Virus record (IMG/VR): IMGVR_UViG_3300045988_053012
Location: 1 to 44,466 of that record
Reading direction: 5' to 3' (one strand)
DNA: 44,466 nt
From: a virus
A program made the translations under genes and the position numbers. The notes below the pieces were generated by a model. The model was not told where the DNA came from. It saw only the letters and a list, made by a program, of their open reading frames with translations, and made no database searches. Positions 18,162 through 24,751 of the stretch are shown here, piece by piece; positions within the stretch are counted from its first letter, which is position 1, and each line of letters starts with the position of its first letter.

Positions 18162-18518
18162 ATGACGGTCAAGGATTTACAAATTGGGTCGCCGGTTTAT
18201 CGTATGCGACTGGATTCAATAGACATTTACCGTGTTCGTCTTATTGAGCAATTACCAGATAATACGCGTTTGGTTGAATTGAACACAACGTGGAAAGTGC
18301 GTTGCAAGGCCAAGGAAGATGCAACCGAAATGCGTAATATCAATTCATCGGAATCGGTTTGGTATGTCAACATTGAGGATGCCGAATTGGCCCAACTTAT
18401 GCGCCGTTCCGAACACGTCGAAGAATTGAAAAAGGCGATGGAAAATGCACAAAGCGCGTTTGCGGAAGCAATACAGAAATACGCGTTTTCCGAACCATCA
18501 ACACCAAAAGAATTGTAA
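18162..18518 (+). CDS. Hypothetical protein
   Basis: 118 aa; operon position. Confidence 0.55.
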   Translation: MTVKDLQIGSPVYRMRLDSIDIYRVRLIEQLPDNTRLVELNTTWKVRCKAKEDATEMRNINSSESVWYVNIEDAELAQLMRRSEHVEELKKAMENAQSAFAEAIQKYAFSEPSTPKEL

Positions 18519-18520
18519 CA

Positions 18521-18778
18521 ATGTACACAATTGAGAAAAAACGCAAAGAGGGTTACTATTATGTTACCCGTCAATATTTCATTCTTACCGCGCACCCGTT
18601 TATGAATTTCAAAACATTTGTTGATGCGCGAAAAGGTATGCGAAACACGCCCAAAACCTGTTTTGTTTGCAATCATAAATTTGCGGATGATGAAACAATA
18701 TATTTGGCCCCGGTTGTGCGGGACAAAAACCGTATTGTGTGCGAACATTGTGCAACGATAATCAACAAACATCAATAA
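18521..18778 (+). CDS. Hypothetical zinc-ribbon protein
   Basis: 85 aa; CFVCNH ... CEHCA. Confidence 0.55.
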   Translation: MYTIEKKRKEGYYYVTRQYFILTAHPFMNFKTFVDARKGMRNTPKTCFVCNHKFADDETIYLAPVVRDKNRIVCEHCATIINKHQ

Positions 18779-18779
18779 T

Positions 18780-19505
18780 ATGGGCGGACGTATTTACAGG
18801 CCCGAACAGGGCGTGGCAATCCTTGAATTGCCCGAAATCGGCCGGTTGCACATCGGCAAAAAACAGATGGGTCAAAACGGCAAGGAATACCCGGTTTCCG
18901 TGGATTATTTCATACCGGCTGGAAAGTATGCCGGGATGTTCACGCAAGCGTTGGGCGAAAAGCCACAAACAATCCAAATCATTTTCCCGGATGATTCCCC
19001 GGAAAAGGTATGCAACGAACGTTATGAATACCGCGACAATGCGGGCGCATTGGTTGCCAAGGGTGACGGCCGGACGTTCGAAATATGGGACGGAAAAAAA
19101 TACGTTCCATATTCGACTGATGCGTACCCGGATATTATGGAACAAATCGCAAAGAACAACCCGACCAAACGCGGGACCGAAAATTGGGATATTGTCTTAA
19201 CGTTGCGATTCATTGTTCCGGCCGTCCGTGGAATTGTTGGCGTATGGCAATTTTCCACAAAGGGCAAGGCGTCAAGCGTCCGGAATATCCGGGAATCGTT
19301 CGACGGTGTGCAAATGATGCGCGGAACGGTTACGCAAACCGTGTTCGATTTGTCGGTACAGTTTGCCAAAAGCAACAAACCCGGCGTGTCGTCCCGTTAT
19401 CCTGTTGTTTCGTTGGTTGCCAATGATACGCGGATTGAGGAAATACGCCAAGCAATTGCACCGACGCAAAATTTATCGTTACTATTGCCGGATAAAGAAA
19501 AATAA
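18780..19505 (+). CDS. Hypothetical protein (recombination/replication-associated by context only)
   Basis: 241 aa; downstream of the PD-(D/E)XK nuclease; I recognise no named motif. Confidence 0.5.
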   Translation: MGGRIYRPEQGVAILELPEIGRLHIGKKQMGQNGKEYPVSVDYFIPAGKYAGMFTQALGEKPQTIQIIFPDDSPEKVCNERYEYRDNAGALVAKGDGRTFEIWDGKKYVPYSTDAYPDIMEQIAKNNPTKRGTENWDIVLTLRFIVPAVRGIVGVWQFSTKGKASSVRNIRESFDGVQMMRGTVTQTVFDLSVQFAKSNKPGVSSRYPVVSLVANDTRIEEIRQAIAPTQNLSLLLPDKEK

Positions 19506-19506
19506 C

Positions 19507-19544
19507 TATCTTTGTGGCAGATAATTGACAATGGCGGTTGTCAA
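19507..19544 (+). promoter_or_regulatory. Promoter-like -7 box plus operator-like palindrome
   Basis: aaaaataacTAtcTTTG with the box at 19507-19514; the -33 is only ATTG. A perfect inverted repeat TTGACAA-n6-TTGTCAA (19525-19544) follows. Confidence 0.4.
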
Positions 19545-19558
19545 GATGGGAAATTAAA

Positions 19559-19616
19559 GCCCGGCAAAGTAGATGACGCGCCGCCACGCGTCGTTGAAAT
19601 GTCGGGCATTTTTTTT
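19559..19616 (+). terminator. Strong intrinsic terminator abutting the replication-module start codon
   Basis: Outer stem GCCCGGCA 19559-66 / TGTCGGGC 19600-07. Inner stem GACGCG 19575-80 / CGCGTC 19587-92. T8 at 19609-16; ATG at 19622. Confidence 0.75.
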
Positions 19617-19621
19617 GGAAA

Positions 19622-20416
19622 ATGACGTACAATTTGAATATAGACCAAGAATTTGCGATTGTCAACGACCTTTCGTTGGTACATGTTTCCACGCTGGCCG
19701 CGTTTATGACGTTGCCGATATGGACCAAGACAATTGCAATTGACGGGTTCGTGTGGTATCAGTATTCCGACGAAAAGATGGCCGACGATTTCCCGTTATT
19801 GTTTGGCGTGGCGAAAAGGTGTTACAAGAACATTGCCGAATTGGCCGCGTTGGGATTCGTTGAATTAACCAAGTTGGGACGCACGAAATATGTTAGGTTC
19901 ACGAAACGTTGTGCCGATTGGGGAAAGCAAAAAGAACAAATCCGGTCCAACGGTCCGAAAACGGACCGAGAACAGACCGAAAACGGACCGGCAATTAGTC
20001 CGAAAACGGACCCGGTAAATAATAACTATAACATTACCAATCCGAGCATTGAAGATAAAGCCGCCGACGGCGGTTTGTTCCCGACCGAACCTGCGTTTGA
20101 AACGGTTACAGTTACCCGGCCGCGCCGGACCGCCGAACCGGCCGTGTGTCTGTTCGAAAATTCCCGTTTCGCCGAATACAATGCGTTTGCCGCCGAATTT
20201 ACAGCCCCGGAATTTGCCGACGTGGATATTGTCTATTATTACCACGCCGTTGCGGATTGGTCCGCACAAAAGGGCAAGAAAATGAAAGATTGGATTGCAA
20301 CCGCGCGGAATTTCATTCGTGGCGATAAGGAAAAGAACAAGTTGCACCGGAAAAGCGGAACCGGACCGGGATTGTCACCGGATGCAATTAAATATTTGCA
20401 AGATATGGCAGATTAA
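19622..20416 (+). CDS. Replication initiator / replisome-organizer candidate
   Basis: 264 aa. Carries dyad iterons plus an AT-rich tract mid-gene (lambda O-like layout). The C-terminal YYYHAVADWSAQKGKKMKDWIATARNFIRGDKEK resembles DnaD/phage organizer tails (from memory). Confidence 0.45.
   Translation: MTYNLNIDQEFAIVNDLSLVHVSTLAAFMTLPIWTKTIAIDGFVWYQYSDEKMADDFPLLFGVAKRCYKNIAELAALGFVELTKLGRTKYVRFTKRCADWGKQKEQIRSNGPKTDREQTENGPAISPKTDPVNNNYNITNPSIEDKAADGGLFPTEPAFETVTVTRPRRTAEPAVCLFENSRFAEYNAFAAEFTAPEFADVDIVYYYHAVADWSAQKGKKMKDWIATARNFIRGDKEKNKLHRKSGTGPGLSPDAIKYLQDMAD
19953..20040. repeat. Putative origin of replication: three 14-bp dyad iterons plus an AT-rich tract
   Basis: G(T/A)CCGAAAACGGAC at 19953-66, 19975-88 and 19998-20011, spaced 22-23 bp. 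Followed by about 25 nt of ~84% A+T (20016-20040). Confidence 0.55.
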
Positions 20417-20419
20417 GCG

Positions 20420-21316
20420 ATGGAACAGAATAACCAAATTGACGTTCGGCCGGTACAGAAAACGGCCGTTATGATACGCCGGGAAATGGTCAAGATTCCC
20501 GCCGTTATGGGTGCATTGGGACCTGTTGAAAAGGCCGTATTTCTTGCGTCCACGGCGAAAACCATTGCCGAATACGACGCCGCCGAACTTGCGGCCGAAC
20601 TTGCAACGGCCTTGAAATGGATTTGCAAAGATGTTGGGTACAGGTCACAGGATGAAAGCGACCGCCAATATTTGGTGATTCGGACGGCGGAAATACTAAA
20701 ACGGTATTATTCCGGTTTGACGTTAAAGGATTTCCGGATGGCGTTTGAAATGAGCATTACCGGCGAATTGGATGATTTCATTCCGCGTGGGCGCGATGGC
20801 CAACCCGACCGAAACCATTACCAGCAATTCAACGCCGAATATGTATGCAAAATTTTGAACGCGTACAAAGGCCGCCGGGCGTTGGTATTGAGGAAAGCAA
20901 ACGAAGCGGTCCCGAAAGAGGAACCAAAACGCGACCCGGCAAAAGATAGGTATTACAGGAACGAAACCCGCCGTAATTGCATCAATGCGTTCGAATCGTT
21001 AAAAGCAACCGGCCGGTTGCCCGAAATGTCGCTAATTGCTGAAAGGTTATGTTACAACGAATTGGCCGATGCCGGACTTGCCGATAAAATCGAAATTACG
21101 TTGGAAGAACAAAAGGTTATATTGCAACGCACAATCAACGATTACGCCCGGCGCGGATATGTCGGCGACGTTCGCCGGTTAAAGGAATCCGGGACATCCG
21201 ACCCGGAATTGGAACACGGTTCGTTCGTATTGGCCCGGCGCAAGGCGTTGTCCGCAACATTCCGCCGAATTGTTGAACAGGGAATAAACATTACCGATTA
21301 CATCAAATTAGAATAA
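20420..21316 (+). CDS. Hypothetical protein (replication module)
   Basis: 298 aa; no Walker motif seen. Confidence 0.55.
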   Translation: MEQNNQIDVRPVQKTAVMIRREMVKIPAVMGALGPVEKAVFLASTAKTIAEYDAAELAAELATALKWICKDVGYRSQDESDRQYLVIRTAEILKRYYSGLTLKDFRMAFEMSITGELDDFIPRGRDGQPDRNHYQQFNAEYVCKILNAYKGRRALVLRKANEAVPKEEPKRDPAKDRYYRNETRRNCINAFESLKATGRLPEMSLIAERLCYNELADAGLADKIEITLEEQKVILQRTINDYARRGYVGDVRRLKESGTSDPELEHGSFVLARRKALSATFRRIVEQGINITDYIKLE

Positions 21317-21525
21317 TGGAAAAACCGTGTACAACGTGCAAATATGGGGAAAAACAATATCGTCGTATTCCACGACCCGATAAATACTTATACACTTTAC
21401 ACGACGTTTACGCCGGAATCATTTGTAAAAAATACAATGGACCGTTTGGCCGGGATTGTCTGTTATATCAAAATTGGCGTATCATTCAAAAGGCCCAACG
21501 ATTACAAAATAGAGCAAAAAAGTAA
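21316..21525 (+). CDS. Hypothetical Cys-rich protein
   Basis: 69 aa; TAATG overlap with the upstream stop. Preferred over the alternative frame 21344..21553. Confidence 0.45.
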   Translation: MEKPCTTCKYGEKQYRRIPRPDKYLYTLHDVYAGIICKKYNGPFGRDCLLYQNWRIIQKAQRLQNRAKK

Positions 21526-21536
21526 CATATTTTTCG

Positions 21537-22097
21537 ATGGAACAGAAAATTAAAATCAATTGCGTTATTGGCATTGACCCGGGCGCGGGCGGCGGAATTG
21601 CCGTGTTTGTTCCCGGCCACAATACAAAGGTGTTGAAGATGCCGAAAGACATTACCGAATTGCGGGATTTCATCACGTATTACAAAGACAATTTCAAACC
21701 GATTGTCTTTTTGGAAAAATTGTCGGTCCGTCCGGACGACGTAGTTGTACAGGGCGACCGGGCCGCGATGGGAAAGTTGTACCGGGTGCAAAAGATGATG
21801 GCGAATTTCGAACATCTTAAAGCCCTAATCGAAATGTCCGGGATTCCGTATGTATTGGTTCATCCGCTTTCGTGGCAAACCAAATTGAAATTGCGCGTTC
21901 GTGGCGTTCACGAAGAAAAGGCCGACCGGAAACGCCGGTATAAGGATGCGGCCGCGCAATTGTACCCGGGCGTTAATGCGACATTATGGAACGCCGACGC
22001 CCTGTTGTTAATGCACTTTGGCCGGTGGGCGTTAGTTAATGAACCGAAATGGGTAAAGGCTAATTTGCCGGAACGGGAATATCAAAAATTGTTTTGA
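21537..22097 (+). CDS. RuvC-like Holliday junction resolvase
   Basis: 186 aa; VIGIDPGAGGGIAV, FLEKL and NADALLLMHFG acidic catalytic positions. Confidence 0.7.
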   Translation: MEQKIKINCVIGIDPGAGGGIAVFVPGHNTKVLKMPKDITELRDFITYYKDNFKPIVFLEKLSVRPDDVVVQGDRAAMGKLYRVQKMMANFEHLKALIEMSGIPYVLVHPLSWQTKLKLRVRGVHEEKADRKRRYKDAAAQLYPGVNATLWNADALLLMHFGRWALVNEPKWVKANLPEREYQKLF

Positions 22098-22117
22098 TAC
22101 GAATACTTGATGATTAA

Positions 22118-22390
22118 ATGGACCGAATCTTTGTTATCGTAACGCCTGTTTGCCCGCATTACCCCGGGCGTAAGGTTGGTTCGAAAGAGTGTACGCAATG
22201 CGACCATTTCCGGGGCGGAATCGTACAAAATTTCGTGGATTGCGCACACAATCGCCCGGAAATAGAACAGAAAACCCCGAAATCGGCACGGAAAGCCGCC
22301 GAAATAGCACAACCGGCCAAGAAAAGAGGACGGCCCGCGAAAAAGGCCATTTCCAAGCCTATAAAGACACGCAAAAAGAAAAATGGATAA
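22118..22390 (+). CDS. Small Cys-cluster protein with a basic AT-hook tail
   Basis: 90 aa; CPHY...CTQCDH...CAH cluster, then AKKRGRPAKKA and a K-rich end. Confidence 0.5.
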   Translation: MDRIFVIVTPVCPHYPGRKVGSKECTQCDHFRGGIVQNFVDCAHNRPEIEQKTPKSARKAAEIAQPAKKRGRPAKKAISKPIKTRKKKNG

Positions 22391-22613
22391 GTTGTACCAA
22401 GACGGGACGAAATGCCCGCAAATCGAAAATTTGGAAAAAATAACGCCCGAACAGGCGGCGGAATACGTGCGATTCGTCGCACACGTCCGACACACGCAAC
22501 GCCGGTATTTCGCTTTTCGCAAATCGGAAATTTTGAATGAATCCCGGCGGTTGGAAAAAGAGTTGGACGCGTTGAACGCGCATTTGTTGGACCCAACACC
22601 AAAGTTGTTTTGA
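22383..22613 (+). CDS. Hypothetical protein
   Basis: 76 aa; overlaps the upstream stop. Confidence 0.5.
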   Translation: MDKLYQDGTKCPQIENLEKITPEQAAEYVRFVAHVRHTQRRYFAFRKSEILNESRRLEKELDALNAHLLDPTPKLF

Positions 22614-22614
22614 T

Positions 22615-22857
22615 ATGAACGTGGACCCCAAAACCAACAAAGGCGATATTATTGCGTCGGTTTATGCAAAACCCGGAACGTTTGCGGAAATTGTCCAGCG
22701 ATTCGGCAATGTTTCACAATATGCGGTTTTTTCTTATATCGTGCCACTTATTGAAAAATTGGCGGATGATGGGTATTTACGCAAGTGTAAAAACGGGATG
22801 GTATATGCCCGCAAAAAGGGAATCGAATACATAAAAGAACACGGATATTTTGATTGA
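22615..22857 (+). CDS. Hypothetical protein (possible winged-helix)
   Basis: 80 aa; operon position. Confidence 0.5.
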   Translation: MNVDPKTNKGDIIASVYAKPGTFAEIVQRFGNVSQYAVFSYIVPLIEKLADDGYLRKCKNGMVYARKKGIEYIKEHGYFD

Positions 22858-23182
22858 AGAAATGGAAAAATTAAAACCGTTGACGGTTCCGTTGTTGGCC
22901 GTCCATCATTACGGCCCGGAACATCAAAAGCGAAAGGCCATTGAAGAAATGGGCGAATTGATAACCGAATTGGAACGTGAACAGGACGGCCTGACAACCC
23001 CGGAAAAGGTTATTACCGAAATCGCCGACGTACTTTTGACGATTCGCCAATTGATGGTCATATACGGGTTGGATGCCTGTTTGAAAGAATACGACCGGAA
23101 ACAACGTCGGTTGTTGCGCCGGATGGATAAGGAAACCGGCGGCGATTACCGAAAGACAAACGAAGATGAAAACAAAAGTTGA
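22850..23182 (+). CDS. MazG-like nucleotide pyrophosphohydrolase
   Basis: 110 aa; AIEEMGELITELERE ... ITEIADVLLTIRQL. Confidence 0.65.
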   Translation: MIEEMEKLKPLTVPLLAVHHYGPEHQKRKAIEEMGELITELEREQDGLTTPEKVITEIADVLLTIRQLMVIYGLDACLKEYDRKQRRLLRRMDKETGGDYRKTNEDENKS

Positions 23183-23369
23183 TGCGTATATTGCCCGGGA
23201 CCCGAACGGGATTTGCCGGGTTATTGTCAAGCGGGCCAAATTCAAACATTGGTTCGAATTAGGCCAACACGGGCCGACCGACGCCGCGTTTGAACAGGCA
23301 TTGGCGGCCGGAACGGTACGATGGAATCCGGCGATTGAGGACAAAACACGACTTTTTCGTAAAATTTAA
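23166..23369 (+). CDS. Hypothetical protein
   Basis: 67 aa; operon position. Confidence 0.5.
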   Translation: MKTKVDAYIARDPNGICRVIVKRAKFKHWFELGQHGPTDAAFEQALAAGTVRWNPAIEDKTRLFRKI

Positions 23370-23378
23370 CTGAAAATG

Positions 23379-23454
23379 TTTGGAAATATAAAAATTATCC
23401 TTATCTTTGTACCCGGGTTGAGGAAACAACACCACCGCCCCGGCGGGTTCCGGG
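23379..23454 (+). promoter_or_regulatory. Early promoter D plus structured leader
   Basis: TTTG 23379-82, then 19 nt, then TAtcTTTG 23402-09. Hairpin 1 is GGGTTG 23415-20 / CAAC(A)CC 23427-33. Hairpin 2 is CCCGG-CGGGTT-CCGGG 23439-23454. ATG at 23475. Confidence 0.65.
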
Positions 23455-23522
23455 ATACAAAACGACAAAGAATTATGGAACAGGTAACGAAATTCGGAAT
23501 GATTTATTGGTAAAACGTTGCA

Positions 23523-23774
23523 TTGCGTGAAACTTTACGCGCCGCGAACGCAAAAGATTACATCTTGCGTCGCAAAGTTGACCGCCGTTTTAAGGAAATA
23601 GCCAATGAACTTGTAATGGGTCGCGGATATGTTATTGCAACGGCGTTCGAGTTGGAACAGAAATACCCGGATTTGTTCAATGCTGGTGGCGTTGATTCAA
23701 AAAAAATGATTTGGGCTATTTCGTTTTCAAAATTTCGCGCGGGAAACAAAATGTGCTTTGTACCGGTTCGTTAA
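23523..23774 (+). CDS. Hypothetical HTH-like protein; ORF lacks its own ATG and is in frame with a 12-codon ORF (23475..23513) across a TAA
   Basis: The track start is TTG 23523. Sequence includes DYILRRKVDRRFKEIANELVMGRGYV (HTH-like). See the finding on 23475..23774. Confidence 0.4.
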   Translation: MRETLRAANAKDYILRRKVDRRFKEIANELVMGRGYVIATAFELEQKYPDLFNAGGVDSKKMIWAISFSKFRAGNKMCFVPVR

Positions 23775-23782
23775 ATAGACTT

Positions 23783-23853
23783 TGCTTCGTGGTGTAACGG
23801 TAACACCCCGGATTTTGGTTCCGGTAATCCACGTTCGAATCGTGGCGGGGCAA
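23783..23853 (+). tRNA. tRNA-Gln (anticodon UUG)
   Basis: 71-nt cloverleaf. Acceptor TGCTTCG/CGGGGCA (two G-U pairs). D arm GTGT-AACGGTA-ACAC. Anticodon arm CCGGA-TTTTGGT-TCCGG. T arm CCACG-TTCGAAT-CGTGG. CCA is not encoded. Confidence 0.8.
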
Positions 23854-23857
23854 CAAA

Positions 23858-23953
23858 GGAAATAAGGCGGAAGCGGCGAGGGTAAAATAAGTCCGCGACG
23901 GCGGCATAATATACGCACATTGTGCGGGTTCCGGCTTAGCCAACCTTATTTCC
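23858..23953 (+). ncRNA. Structured RNA candidate filling the inter-tRNA spacer
   Basis: Perfect 10-bp closing stem GGAAATAAGG / CCTTATTTCC. Internal hairpins CGCAC-att-GTGCG and CCGC-gacg-GCGG. Starts 4 nt after tRNA-Gln and ends 6 nt before tRNA-Leu. Not a cloverleaf. Confidence 0.45.
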
Positions 23954-23959
23954 CCACAT

Positions 23960-24040
23960 ACCCACGTGGCGTAATGGTAGCCGCGATTGATTCAAAACCA
24001 ATTGCCGTATGGCGTGCCGGTTCGATTCCGGCCGTGGGTA
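23960..24040 (+). tRNA. tRNA-Leu (anticodon CAA), class II
   Basis: 81 nt. Acceptor ACCCACG/CGTGGGT. D arm GCG-(taatggtagc)-CGC. Anticodon arm ATTGA-TTCAAAA-CCAAT (A-C at 31:39). 13-nt variable arm GCC-gtat-GGC. T arm GCCGG-TTCGATT-CCGGC. Confidence 0.7.
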
Positions 24041-24249
24041 CAAAGTTCTTTGAAATGCAATCTTTGATGTTTTTAGGCGTAAGACCGTCAACGCCCCGTG
24101 AAAAAATATGTGAATGTCACAGGCGTTTAAGTTGGCATTTTGCCGTAATACAAAATCACACTTTCCGGTAAAGTTCGTGCGAAGAATGGCCACAATAATC
24201 CAATTGCAAACCGAAAACCATAGATTGCATTTCTTTTGAAAAATACGGA

Positions 24250-24265
24250 CCGGGCCGATTCCTGG
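24250..24265 (+). promoter_or_regulatory. Leader-type hairpin (CCGGTT-loop family copy)
   Basis: ACGGA-CCGGG / CCGATT / CCTGG (one G-U pair), followed by GAACAAAACC. 19 nt to ATG 24285. Confidence 0.5.
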
Positions 24266-24284
24266 GAACAAAACCAAATGTCTT

Positions 24285-24740
24285 ATGATGGACACGAAAA
24301 GATTTCAAAAGTATTACCAATCCGGGCCGCATTTCCGGATTGAGAACCCGAACCCGTGTTGGGCTGAAAAACGCGGGTTAAAATGGGACCGTGGCGATTG
24401 CGCCATACGTGCGTTGGCCAACGCCATTTCCTGTTCGTGGGTCGAATCGTTCGATTACTTGACCGCCAAGGCTCGCCGGGATTTCAACGTACCGAATGAC
24501 GGCCCCGGATTCCGCCGTTGGTTGATTGAGGGCGGCGCGGTATGGACCCATTGCCCGGCCGTTACAGGCAAAAAGAGAATGACCGCCAAACAGTTTGCAG
24601 AAACGCATCCGTCCGGCCGTTATGTCATTACGGTTGCATCCCACGAAACCGCGTGTGTTGATGGCGTTATTTTGGACGCTTGGAATTGTGGCGAAAAATG
24701 CGTGGTTGGTTATTTCGATATGTCGAATTTTAAGTTATAA
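24285..24740 (+). CDS. Hypothetical protein with a papain-like Cys/His arrangement (putative cysteine peptidase fold)
   Basis: 151 aa; WDRGDCAIRALANAI ... VITVASHETACVDGVILDAWN. Motif-level guess only. Confidence 0.35.
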   Translation: MMDTKRFQKYYQSGPHFRIENPNPCWAEKRGLKWDRGDCAIRALANAISCSWVESFDYLTAKARRDFNVPNDGPGFRRWLIEGGAVWTHCPAVTGKKRMTAKQFAETHPSGRYVITVASHETACVDGVILDAWNCGEKCVVGYFDMSNFKL

Positions 24741-24751
24741 TCCATTAACCC

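Noticed and set aside
21344-21553. Alternative-frame ORFs competing with accepted genes (21344..21553, 22189..22443, 13363..13584, 13047..13136 portion, 16710..16892).
   Set aside because: Each overlaps an accepted gene that has better start/stop coupling to its neighbours (ATGA/TAATG overlaps) or recognisable motifs. The translations are basic and low-complexity.
23858-23953. A third tRNA (possibly a suppressor) between tRNA-Gln and tRNA-Leu.
   Set aside because: The terminal stem is 10 bp and there is no TTCRANY T loop, no D-loop GG and no 7-nt anticodon loop on a 5-bp stem on either strand. It is kept only as a generic structured-RNA candidate.
23716-24295. Track ORFs 23716..23943(-), 23727..23918(-), 23920..24171(+) and 23936..24295(-).
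   Set aside because: They run through the two tRNA genes and the structured spacer. They have no independent coding signal.
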